Shown here piece by piece: positions 12,834 through 25,930 of a DNA stretch of 64,000 nt. Below the pieces are notes generated by a model. It was given only the letters and a program-made list of their open reading frames with translations. It ran no database searches and was not told the DNA's origin. Numbering within the stretch: the stretch's first letter is position 1; every line of letters starts with the position of its first letter. The DNA is from Ranitomeya imitator (lineage: Eukaryota). Made by a program: the position numbers and the translations under genes. Location of the stretch: contig NC_091291.1 in NCBI RefSeq assembly GCF_032444005.1, positions 144,150,001 through 144,214,000 of the forward strand, in the 5' to 3' direction.

Positions 12834-14021
12834 CCTCCTGCCTGCGGGAAGCAGCGCCCCTCCTGCCTGCGGGAAGCAGCGCCTCTCCTGCCTGCGGGAA
12901 GCAGCGCCCCTCCTGCCTGCGGGAAGCAGCGCCTCTCCTGCCTGCGGGAAGCAGCGCCCCTCCTGCCTGCGGGAAGCAGCGCCCCTCCTGCCTGCGGGAA
13001 GCAGCGCCCCTCCTGCCTGCGGGAAGCAGCGCCTCTCCTGCCTGCGGGAAGCAGCGCCCCTCCTGCCTGCGGGAAGCAGCGCCCCTCCTGCCTGCGGGAA
13101 GCAGCGCCCCTCCTGCCTGCGGGAAGCAGCGCCCCTCCTGCCTGCGGGAAGCAGCGCCCCTCCTGCCTGCGGGAAGCAGCGCCTCTCCTGCCTGCGGGAA
13201 GCAGCGCCCCTCCTGCCTGCGGGAAGCAGCGCCTCTCCTGCCTGCGGGAAGCAGCGCCCCTCCTGCCTGCGGGAAGCAGCGCCTCTCCTGCCTGCGGGAA
13301 GCAGCGCCCCTCCTGCCTGCGGGAAGCAGCGTCCCTCCTGCCTGCGGGAAGCAACGTCCCTCCTGCCTGCGGGAAGCAGCGCCCCTCCTGCCTGCCGGAA
13401 GCAGCGCCCCTCCTGCCTGCGGGAAGCAGCGCCTCTCCTGCCTGCGGGAAGCAGGGCCCCTCCTGCCTGCGGGAAGCAGCGCCTCTCCTGCCTGCGGGAA
13501 GCAGCGCCCCTCCTGCCTGCGGGAAGCAGCGCCTCTCCTGCCTGCGGGAAGCAGCGCCCCTCCTGCCTGCGGGAGGCAGCGCCTCTCCTGCCTGCGGGAA
13601 GCAGCGCCCCTCCTGCCTGCGGGAAGCAGCGCCCCTCCTGCCTGCGGGAAGCAGCGCCCCTCCTGCCTGCGGGAAGCAGCGCCCCTCCTGCCTGCCGGAA
13701 GCAGCGCCCCTCCTGCCTGCCGGAAGCAGCGTCCCTCCTGCCTGCGGGAAGCAGCGCCCCTCCTGCCTGCCGGAAGCAGCGCCCCTCCTGCCTGCGGGAA
13801 GCAGCGCCCCTCCTGCCTGCCGGAAGCAGCGCCCCTCCTGCCTGCGGGAAGCAGCGCCCCTCCTGCCTGCGGGAAGCAGCGCCCCTCCTGCCTGCGGGAA
13901 GCAGCGCCTCTCCTGCCTGCCGGAAGCAGCGTCCCTCCTGCCTGCCGGAAGCAGCGCCCCTCCTGCCTGCCGGAAGCAGCGTCCCTCCTGCCTGCGGGAA
14001 GCAGCGCCCCTCCTGCCTGCG
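12834..14021. repeat. 25-bp minisatellite, ~47 copies
   Basis: Unit gcagcgcccctcctgcctgcgggaa. Confidence 0.97.
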
Positions 14022-14253
14022 GCTTATGTCCGGCATTGCAGCTGAGCTCAATAGCAGTGAACAGAGCAGGCTGCAGTACCACACATGGACTGTGGTCAGG
14101 GTGGTGCTGGTTTTCCAGAGCTGTACGCCCCTCTGTTTCCGCACAGTGGCCTGTCCCTCCTCTTGTCTGGTGATGTCATCAGCTGATGTCATAAATCACA
14201 TGTGATGTCACTTCTTGCTGGATTCCGTGCAGGGTCATACCATCGTCATGTGA

Positions 14254-15586
<1,333 letters not shown>

Positions 15587-15602
15587 TCGTGTGTTCTGGT
15601 GA

Positions 15603-15923
<321 letters not shown>

Positions 15924-15940
15924 TGATTGTATATCAGATT

Positions 15941-17864
15941 GGCCAGGTGTGGGGATGTATCTGGGGATTATATATCTGGGCACCCGGGGATTATATATGG
16001 GGCCGGCCTGGTGTGGGGATGTGTCTGGGGATTATACGTCGGGCTGGCCCGCTGTGGGGATGTGTCTGGGGATTATACATCGGGCCGGCTGGTGTGGGGA
16101 TGTGTCTGGGGATTATATATGGGGCCGGCCGCTGTGGGGATGTGTCTGGGGATTATACGTCGGGCCGGCCCGCTGTGGGGATGTGTCTGGGGATTATACG
16201 TCAGGCCGGCCCGCTGTGGGGATGTGTCTGGGGATTATACTTCAGGCTGGCCCGCTGTGGGGATGTGTCTGGGGATTATATATTGGGCCGGCCGCTGTGG
16301 GGATGTGTCTGGGGATTATACTTCAGGCTGGCCCGCTGTGGGGATGTGTCTGGGGATTATATATTGGGCCGGCCGCTGTGGGGATGTGCCTGGGATTATA
16401 TATTGGGCCGGCCGCTGTGGGGATGTGTCTGGGGATTATACGTCGGGCCGGCCCGCTGTGGGGATGTGTCTGGGGATTATACGTCAGGCCGGCCCGCTGT
16501 GGGGATGTGTCTGGGGATTATACTTCAGGCTGGCCCGCTGTGGGGATGTGTCTGGGGATTATATATTGGGCCGGCCGCTGTGGGGATGTGTCTGGGGATT
16601 ATATATTGGGCCGGCCGCTGTGGGGATGTGTCTGGGGATTATACTTCAGGCTGGCCCGCTGTGGGGATGTGTCTGGGGATTATATATTGGGCCGGCCGCT
16701 GTGGGGATGTGTCTGGGATTATATATTGGGCCGGCCGCTGTGGGGATGTGTCTGGGGATTATATATTGGGCCGGCCGCTGTGGGGATGTGTCTGGGGATT
16801 ATATATGGGGCCGTCCCGCTGTGGGGATGTATCTTGGGATTATATATTGGGCCGGCCGCTGTGGGGATGTGTCTGGGGATTATATATGGGGCCGGCCTGG
16901 TGTGGGGATGTGTCTGGGGATTATACGTCGGGCTGGCCCGCTGTGGGGATGTGTCTGGGGATTATACATCGGGCCGGCTGGTGTGGGGATGTGTCTGGGG
17001 ATTATATATGGGGCCGGCCGCTGTGGGGATGTGTCTGGGGATTATACGTCGGGCCGGCCCGCTGTGGGGATGTGTCTGGGGATTATACGTCAGGCCGGCC
17101 CGCTGTGGGGATGTGTCTGGGGATTATACTTCAGGCTGGCCCGCTGTGGGGATGTGTCTGGGGATTATATATTGGGCCGGCCGCTGTGGGGATGTGTCTG
17201 GGGATTATATATGGGGCCGTCCCGCTGTGGGGATGTATCTGGGGATTATATATTGGGCCGGCCGCTGTGGGGATGTGTCTGGGGATTATATATGGGGCCG
17301 GCCTGGTGTGGGGATGTGTTTGGGGATTATACGTCGGGCCGGCCGCTGTGGGGATGTGTCTGGGAATTATATATTGGGCCGGCCTGCTGTGGGGATGTGT
17401 CTGGGGATTATATATTGGGCCGGCCGCTGTGGGGATGTGTCTGGGGATTATATATTGGGCCGGCCGCTGTGGGGGTGTGTCTGGGGATTATACATTGGGC
17501 CGGCCGCTGTGGGGATGTGTCTGGGGATTATATATGGGGCCGGCCTGCTGTGTGGATGTGTCTGGGGATTATACATCAGGCCGGCCCGCTGTGGGGATGT
17601 CTGGGGATTACATATTGGGCCGGCCTGCTGTGGGGATGTGTCTGGGATTATATATTGGGCCGGCTGCTGTGGGGATGTGTCTGGGATTATATATTGGGCC
17701 GGCTGTTGTGGGGATGTGTCTGGGGATTATATATGGGGCCGGCCAGGTGTGGGGATGTGTCTGGGGATTATACTTAGGGCCGGCCGCTGTGGGGATGTGT
17801 CTGGGATTATATATTGGGCCGGCTGCTGTGGGGATGTGTCTGGGGATTATATATTGGGCCGGTC
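15941..17864. repeat. ~40-41-bp G-rich minisatellite filling the intron
   Basis: Unit ~gggccggccgctgtggggatgtgtctggggattatatatt. Confidence 0.96.
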
Positions 17865-17952
17865 TGGGTGTGGCGATACGGTTCATTATATTGGTGGTCA
17901 CTGGTTCGTTATAACCCGCTCCCGGACTGTAATGCCTCGGTTTGTCTTGTGA

Positions 17953-18613
<661 letters not shown>

Positions 18614-18730
18614 TAGTGTCGCCATGCGGTGCTGGGTACAGGTGATTAATGGCCAAAACTCAGGGATCGGCAAATACTGCAACGTCTGTCTTACTCTGCA
18701 ACACAATCGATTAACAGTGTTCAATAACAC

Positions 18731-19868
18731 CCAGCAGAACAGTGAGTGCAGCTCTGGGGTATAATACAGGATGTAACTCAGGATCAGTAATGTAATGTAT
18801 GTACACATGACTGCACCAGCAGAATAGTGAGTGCAGCTCTGGGGTATAATACAGGATGTAACTCAGGATCAGTAATGTAATGTATGTACACAGTGACTGC
18901 ATGAGCAGAACAGTGAGTGCAGCTCTGGAGTATAATACAGGATGTAACTCAGGATCAGTAATGTAATGTATGTACACAGTGACTGCACCAGCAGAATAGT
19001 GAGTGCAGCTCTGGAGTATAATACAGGATGTAACTCAGGATCAGAAATGTAATGTATGTACACAGTGACTGCACCAGCAGAATAGTGCGTGCAGCTCTGG
19101 AGTATAATACAGGATGTAACTCAGGATCAGTAATGTAATGTATGTACACAGTGACTGCACCAGCAGAATAGTGAGTGCAGCTGTGGGGTATAATACAGGA
19201 TGTAACTCAGGATCAGTAATGTAATGTATGTACACAGTGACTGCACCAGCAGAATAGCGAGTGCAGCTCTGGGGTATAATACAGGATGTAACTCAGGATC
19301 AGTAATGTAATGTATGTACACAGCGACTGCACCAGCAGAATAGTGAGTGCAGCTCTGGGGTATAATACAGGAGGTAACTCAGGATCAGTAATGTAATGTA
19401 TGTACACAGCGACTGCACCAGCAGAATAGTGAGTGCAGCTCTGGGGTATAATACAGGAGGTAACTCAGGATCAGTAATGTAATGTATGTACACAGTGACT
19501 GCACCAGCAGAATAGTGAGTGCAGCTCTGGGGTATAATACAGGAGGTAACTCAGGATCAGTAATGTAATGTATGTACACAGTAACTGCACCAGCAGAATA
19601 GTGAGTGCAGCTCTGGAGTATAATAGAGGAGGTAACTCAGGATCAGTAATGTAATGTATGTACACAGTGACTGCACCAGCAGAATAGTGAGTGCAGCTCT
19701 GGGGTATAATACAGGAGGTAACTCAGGATCAGTAATGTAATGTATGTACACAGTAACTGCACCAGCAGAATAGTGAGTGCAGCTCTGGAGTATAATAGAG
19801 GAGGTAACTCAGGATCAGTAATGTAATGTATGTACACAGTGACTGCACCAGCAGAATAGTGAGTGCAG
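18731..19868 (+). repeat. 86-bp satellite, left arm (split by the L1)
   Basis: Unit cagcagaatagtgagtgcagctctggggtataatacaggatgtaactcaggatcagtaatgtaatgtatgtacacagtgactgcac; 81-bp variants lack one gtaat. Confidence 0.97.
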
Positions 19869-20650
19869 GGGGCGTGGCTATGTAGCCAAAGAGAGAAGAC
19901 GTACCCTGAGAGAGCTCCCAAATCCTGACATTATCCTGCCACTCAGACCCCTTTAAAGAGCGGGCTACCTGTGAGCTGTAGTCCCCCTTGGACCCTGGGG
20001 AGCGTGTGACCACTGCGGGAGGCTGTGTGAGATCCGGAGGAGAGCAGGGAGCCGGCGGAGCCTGCGGTAGTGGTGAGCCCTGTGTGGAGCGGCGGCCATT
20101 TTACAAGCGCGCGCTCTGAGGAGCGCAGCGGCGCCAGCACCCTTTGATCCCGGCGGCTGGACTCTAATACACCGGGAGCTGAGGAGTCTCGATCGGCGGT
20201 ACCGGCGTGGGCGGCAGTTAATACAGAGGCGCACGATCTGGTGAGAGGAGACGCGGCGCCGAGCACTAGATCTGCAGCGCCGCTTGGGAGGTGGACGCTC
20301 ATCCTGTGATACATTAAGGGACAAGCGGTGAGTGCTCTGGAAAATTGGGCCCCGCTTGCCCCCCATTTAAAGACATCTTCCCTACTGGTGCTAATAATTT
20401 GGAGGGTCTGGCTCCCCTCCCCCTCTGCTGCCTTTGCCGCTGCTGCAGGCTCCCCCCCCCCCTTGGGGCACAGAACTCTGCTGTTATCTGGGGGCAGAGG
20501 TGCTTACTGCTGGAAGGACTTTGCATGTCCAGGGCTGCCTCATAGCAACACGTGGGCAGTTTCTGCCGGCTCTACTGTTTATCTGACATTAAAACGACAT
20601 ATTTCAGATCATAACTCTAGTTACTCTGCTGCCTCTCATTCCTGTCAACT

Positions 20651-21559
20651 ATGCAGCACTCTAAAGGATCAGGAACGGCTGATAGGCTTAAAAAATTTGC
20701 CAGAGAGGATCCCCCGGATGGTGGACGGACCCTCAGAAACAACCCCTCACAGACTCAGCGTAAAGGTCGTCCTTCTGATAGTACTGAGGAAGGGGAACAA
20801 GAGGAGTTAACCCTTAAACAGGCCTCTGAGCAATTAATGCAGGCTATCTCCTTAACTAGATCCTCTCTTACTGAAAAGATAGAGGATGTACACACTGAGG
20901 TGGGCCGTCTAAGACTAGATATGCAGACTATGGGAGGTCGCATCGCAGAGGTGGAAACGAGAGTGTCACAAATAGAAGATACCATTCCGCCCATGGAGAC
21001 TAAATTGACAAAGGTGGCTGGCTCCATAAACGCCTGGAAACAAAAAGCGGATGACCTGGAGAATAGACTACGTCGGAATAATATTCGTATTATTGGTCTA
21101 CCAGAGCGCGCGGAGGGCCAGCGACCTGAGGAGTTCCTAGAGGACTGGCTTAAGACTTCTCTGGAAGGAGAATTCTCCTCAACTTTCTCTGTGGAGAGAG
21201 CCCATAGGGTCCCTGCGAGGCCCCTCCCTCCTGGAGCTCCGCCGAGACCTTTTTTGGCGCGTATTCTCAATTGCAAAGATAGGGATGCTATCCTGCGTCT
21301 GGCACGACAGAAGAGCCCTATTAAGTTCCACAATGCCACAATCTCGATATTTCCGGATTTCTCCATGGAGCTTCAGAAACAGCGGGCACGGTTCCAAGAA
21401 ATTAAGAAACAACTCAGAGACCGGAATGTTGTATACTCCATGATTTATCCTGCTCGTCTGCGGATCGCCCATGAGGGTTCCTCTATATTTTTCACTGATC
21501 CAGAGGAGGTGACTGAGTGGTTACGGGTCCACAAGGTGTCCAATGTAAAGACATTCTAA
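20651..21559 (+). CDS. L1 ORF1p (coiled coil, RRM, CTD), 302 aa
   Basis: Motifs RRNNIRIIGLPE, VERAHR, PRPFLAR, IFPDFS, YPARL typical of L1 ORF1p. Confidence 0.95.
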   Translation: MQHSKGSGTADRLKKFAREDPPDGGRTLRNNPSQTQRKGRPSDSTEEGEQEELTLKQASEQLMQAISLTRSSLTEKIEDVHTEVGRLRLDMQTMGGRIAEVETRVSQIEDTIPPMETKLTKVAGSINAWKQKADDLENRLRRNNIRIIGLPERAEGQRPEEFLEDWLKTSLEGEFSSTFSVERAHRVPARPLPPGAPPRPFLARILNCKDRDAILRLARQKSPIKFHNATISIFPDFSMELQKQRARFQEIKKQLRDRNVVYSMIYPARLRIAHEGSSIFFTDPEEVTEWLRVHKVSNVKTF

Positions 21560-21847
21560 AGTACTTGAGTGGATAATTCTATAGTGGAGCTTTCCATATG
21601 GGTGCCTAACCTACCAACAATACCGAACGCTTAATTTAGCCAGGGTATCCCCATTTTCACTTGATAATAGGAGCATGAGACGAAGCTCCTACTCTGTTTG
21701 GTTTTCGGTTTGTTTTTCTTTCTATGTTTGTTCTATTTGTTATGAAGGTAGAAATCGCCGCCAGTGGATATCTCGACCTCTATGTGTTATCCCTAGGCCC
21801 TTCCTGGACAACATTGTTTATTATATTTTTTTTTTTTATGAGTAAGT

Positions 21848-24800
21848 ATGGGGTCTGAAATAATATGCATGACCTGGAATGTGCGGGGTATTAAAGCTCC
21901 CCGGAAAAAGATAAAGGTATTTTCACAGATCAAGCGTCATCACCCACACATTGTAGCGTTGGTTGAGACACATTTGACTAGGGACACGGCCCGGTGTGTA
22001 CAGAAACCGTGGGTGCAGTGGTCCATACACGCGTTCCACACTAGTTATTCAAGAGGGGTTTCGCTGTTAATCCACAGAGACGTTAGATGGGAGGTGAGGG
22101 AGGCTAAGAGGGACTCTGAAGGTCGATTTGTCTTTGTATACGCATTAATTAACTCTCGTGAATATGTCATATTATGTGTTTATAACCCCCCTCCAGCTAA
22201 TCTTTCAATACTCCGGATGGCAATGAGCTTTGCCTTAAGCTATCCGGACGCAAATGTCATATGCATGGGAGATTTCAATCTGGTAATGGACACCCGCTTG
22301 GATAGGTTGAGACTGGGCGATGACATAGCAGGGGAACCCTCCTCTCAGACTCCATCCCCTTTGGCTTTGTTTATGGAGGGTAGTGGTTGGTTGGATTTGT
22401 GGAGAACGCGTCATCCGGGGGTAAGGGGCTATACCTGCCACTCATCTACCAGACGTTCCCTCTCTCGCCTGGATTATATATTCGGATCCGTGGGATTGGC
22501 GACAGTGGTGGATAGTATTGAACATGGCAATAGAGGAATTTCTGACCACAGCCCGGTTATCCTTAAACTTAAATTTGGGCACTCAAATAATGGCATAGTG
22601 TGGAAATTGAATCCATTTTGGCTCAAGTTAATAGATTCCAATGATAGAACTGTGGACCAGTTGAAGGGCTTTATTTTATCCCACCCGGAACCCCAAGACA
22701 CTAATCTATTCTGGGATACCCTTAAGGCATATCTAAGGGGGTGTCTTTCTTCTACGATATCTTACATAAAAAGGGTAACTTCGAGGGAGGATGACGAGAT
22801 GGAACAACGACTAAAAGATTCGGAGACTGCATATATTTCTGATCCAACTAACGGTAATAGACTTGAGTGGTTGACTTCCCAGAGGTTATATGTTCAGCAT
22901 ACAGATGCCAAATCTAAGCGTAAATTATTTTTTACCCGTCAATCCTTTTTTGAATTGGGAAACCAGGCTAGCAAATTTTTGGCTTTTCTGGTACGCCAAC
23001 ATAGTGTCTCCAATACTATACTACAGATTCGAACACCAGACGGATCGTTGGTGTCCTCGACTGAGGAGATACTTCGCTGCTTTCACGATTATTATAAGTC
23101 GCTATATACATCTAAGTGTGACTTTGATATTCAGGAAAACCTGGACTATTTATCAGATGTGACATTTCCTCTACTGACCCCAGCTCAGCGAGCCTTTATG
23201 GACGCAGAGTTTACCTTGGAGGAGGTTGAAAATGCTCTGATGGATATGGCCTCTGGGAAGGCTCCTGGCCCAGACGGGTTTCCCATTGAATTATATAGGA
23301 AATATCATGATATACTAGCACCACTTTTGTTGAGAGTGTTCCAGGGGGCGTGGGAGGGGGGTTCTATGCCCGACACGTTCTATGAAGCAAATATTATTGT
23401 ACTTAAAAAAGAAGGGAAGGACCCGCTGGAGTGTGGATCTTATAGGCCTATCTCGCTAGTAAATGTAGACTATAAAATCTTCACTAAAATCCTAGCTACT
23501 AGACTTAATTCGATTATATTGGACCTTGTACATCCAGACCAGACGGGTTTTATGCCGGGCAAAAATACTTCGATTAACATTAGAAGGGTCCAGTCAGTAG
23601 TTCAATACAGCTCATTGGAACTAGATAACTCCTGGGCTCTGGCATCCTTGGATGCGGCCAAAGCCTTTGACTCTCTTGAATGGCCCTTCCTATTAGCATG
23701 TTTACAAAAATATGGTTTTGGGGATAAATTTTTGAAATGGGTAGGTCTATTGTATATGAAACCCAAGGCCCGTATAATTGTTAACGGTTCCATCTCCAAA
23801 TCTTTTTCATTATATAGAGGGACCCGCCAGGGGTGTCCCCTCTCCCCGGCCCTCTTTGCCCTCGCAATAGAGGCCCTGGCGATACGTGTAAGATCATCTA
23901 CAGACATTAAAGGCATAAATATAGCTGGTCGTGTGGACACCATTGGCCTATATGCTGACGACATGGTGATATTTATGGATGAGGCGGAAGTAACACTACC
24001 ACGGGTAATCGCTACTGTGGACAGATTCAGTAGACACTCAGGCTTATACATAAATTGGGACAAATCGGCGTTGATGTCTCTCTCCCATATTCCGATGCCC
24101 GGTCTTGGGACCCTTTCCTCCCTTCCTATTGTACCTAGCTTTAAATACCTGGGTATACATATATCTCACTGTAATAGATCTGATCTACAACTTAATATAT
24201 TTCCGTTATTAGAATTAGTTAAATCTAAATTTGCAACTTGGAGCAAACTTCCATTGTCTGTAGCTGGCCGTATCAACTTAATCAAAATGATACTGCTCCC
24301 TAAGCTCTGTTACTGTCTTCAACATAGTGCTGTGCTAGTCCCTAAATTCTTCTTCATGGGTCTGAACTCTCAAATCACATCTTTCATATGGGGGAAATCC
24401 AGGCCCAGACTTAGACTGTCTACGCTGCAGAGACCAAGGCAGGGGGGTGGGGCTGCGTTGCCAGACTTCTATTTATATTATTTGGCCGGTCAGGTTAAAG
24501 CACTCAATAAATGGATGCCCAATAATTGCCTCCCTAACTCTGAAAGTCATTTACTTCATGCAGCTCAAACTGACTGTCCATTGAACTTTTTAGAGTTGGA
24601 GAAAATTAATATCCCTCGCATGTTGCCCTTGCTTCGCTTGGCGCGGTCAGTTTGGAGACAAATTAAAAAAACTGTAGGATTCACAGATATTATAGCGGAG
24701 ATGCCACTGTGGAGGAACGGTTATTTCTCAACTTTATTGAATCACCCATCAGCGGACTTTTGGATTGGGCATGGTGTCTCCTCAGTGGGTGATTTGTATG

Positions 24801-25615
24801 ATGGTGGGGTGTTTGTGTCCTTTGAGCAATTGCAAACTAAGTATGACGTACCGAGATCCCAATTCTTCCGATATCTACAGTTACGGTCAGCCATACAATC
24901 ATACATGAGACAGGCAGGTGTAGGTCGGGCTATATCCTCTTTACCCTTGATAGGAATTCTTAAATCGCAGGGCCCCCAGGGCCTTATCTCCTCCTTATAT
25001 ACCTATCTGCTATCTTCGGGAGCCATGTCGACTGTCAATTCCATTAAAGGGAAGTGGGGGGGACTTCTTTCCAATGTACAAGAGGAGGAATGGGATGACA
25101 TTCTTGAATCTCCAATTAAAGTATCCCCATCAGTTAACAATAGGATGACCCAGCTATACATACTACACCAATCATACTTAACCCCGGTAAGGCTCTTTAA
25201 GATGGGTAGGTTTCAAACATCTGAGTGTATGAGATGCCGGGCTCTAGATGCAGACTTCATCCACATGATATGGAGATGCCCTGTTGTTCTTCAATATTGG
25301 AGAGAGGTGATATCACTACTTGCAACATTGCTGTCAATTCCAGTTCCCCTTGACCCACTAGTTTGCATATTTGGGGTGTGGGAGGAGGAGTCCTGGGATC
25401 ATTGCATTGATATTTTCCTACGCGAAACGCTCTTTATGGCACGAAAGGTACTGGCTTTGCGGTGGATGGGGAGCTCGAACCCATCTACAAGAGCTTGGAT
25501 TGATTTGGTTAATTCGATCATTCCATATGAACGCACGTTGTATCAAAATAGAGGATGTCCGGGAAAATTTGAAAAGATCTGGGGTGGGTGGAATTCTTCC
25601 CATCTTACCCTGTAG
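21848..25615 (+). CDS. L1 ORF2p (APE endonuclease, reverse transcriptase, C-terminal CCHC), 1255 aa, uninterrupted
   Basis: EN: TWNVRG, LVETH, GDFN, SRLDY, SDHSP. RT: PGPDG, YRPISL, LDAAKAFD, GTRQGCPLSP, YADD, FKYLG. Knuckle: CMRC...HMIWRC. Confidence 0.98.
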   Translation: MGSEIICMTWNVRGIKAPRKKIKVFSQIKRHHPHIVALVETHLTRDTARCVQKPWVQWSIHAFHTSYSRGVSLLIHRDVRWEVREAKRDSEGRFVFVYALINSREYVILCVYNPPPANLSILRMAMSFALSYPDANVICMGDFNLVMDTRLDRLRLGDDIAGEPSSQTPSPLALFMEGSGWLDLWRTRHPGVRGYTCHSSTRRSLSRLDYIFGSVGLATVVDSIEHGNRGISDHSPVILKLKFGHSNNGIVWKLNPFWLKLIDSNDRTVDQLKGFILSHPEPQDTNLFWDTLKAYLRGCLSSTISYIKRVTSREDDEMEQRLKDSETAYISDPTNGNRLEWLTSQRLYVQHTDAKSKRKLFFTRQSFFELGNQASKFLAFLVRQHSVSNTILQIRTPDGSLVSSTEEILRCFHDYYKSLYTSKCDFDIQENLDYLSDVTFPLLTPAQRAFMDAEFTLEEVENALMDMASGKAPGPDGFPIELYRKYHDILAPLLLRVFQGAWEGGSMPDTFYEANIIVLKKEGKDPLECGSYRPISLVNVDYKIFTKILATRLNSIILDLVHPDQTGFMPGKNTSINIRRVQSVVQYSSLELDNSWALASLDAAKAFDSLEWPFLLACLQKYGFGDKFLKWVGLLYMKPKARIIVNGSISKSFSLYRGTRQGCPLSPALFALAIEALAIRVRSSTDIKGINIAGRVDTIGLYADDMVIFMDEAEVTLPRVIATVDRFSRHSGLYINWDKSALMSLSHIPMPGLGTLSSLPIVPSFKYLGIHISHCNRSDLQLNIFPLLELVKSKFATWSKLPLSVAGRINLIKMILLPKLCYCLQHSAVLVPKFFFMGLNSQITSFIWGKSRPRLRLSTLQRPRQGGGAALPDFYLYYLAGQVKALNKWMPNNCLPNSESHLLHAAQTDCPLNFLELEKINIPRMLPLLRLARSVWRQIKKTVGFTDIIAEMPLWRNGYFSTLLNHPSADFWIGHGVSSVGDLYDGGVFVSFEQLQTKYDVPRSQFFRYLQLRSAIQSYMRQAGVGRAISSLPLIGILKSQGPQGLISSLYTYLLSSGAMSTVNSIKGKWGGLLSNVQEEEWDDILESPIKVSPSVNNRMTQLYILHQSYLTPVRLFKMGRFQTSECMRCRALDADFIHMIWRCPVVLQYWREVISLLATLLSIPVPLDPLVCIFGVWEEESWDHCIDIFLRETLFMARKVLALRWMGSSNPSTRAWIDLVNSIIPYERTLYQNRGCPGKFEKIWGGWNSSHLTL

Positions 25616-25930
25616 ACTCATCGTGGTGTGGGGATTTCACGTGGAGAGGTAGGCGCGAGGCATTGCGGCGAGTTAGTAGTTAAGAGTACAGTTTTATTTT
25701 AGGAGTTCTGGTTTTACGAGTTTTTCTATTTACATAATTCACATGTTACAATCGATTTAATAAATCTAATAATCACAAGACAATGCTGGATATAGGTGAC
25801 AGTTATGTTTTATTGTCTGCTTACCAATGCATGATTTATGTGTATCATACACTATGTTTAATAATCTTGGATACAAAATGTATGTAACATCACTTATTTT
25901 GTTGCTAATAAACGAATTTAAAAAAAAAAA

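Larger units (their letters stand above)
19869..25930 (+). mobile_element. Full-length, apparently intact L1-clade non-LTR retrotransposon (~6.06 kb)
   Basis: G-run 5' end, ~780-nt 5'UTR, ORF1, 288-nt spacer, ORF2, AATAAA 25907-25912, A11 tail 25920-25930, TSD (a)gaatagtgagtgcag at 19853-19868 and 25930-25945. Confidence 0.97.

Noticed and set aside
20755-24063. Antisense ORFs over L1 ORF1/ORF2 (203 aa, 153 aa)
   Set aside because: Shadow frames of the L1 coding sequence with no recognisable motifs.
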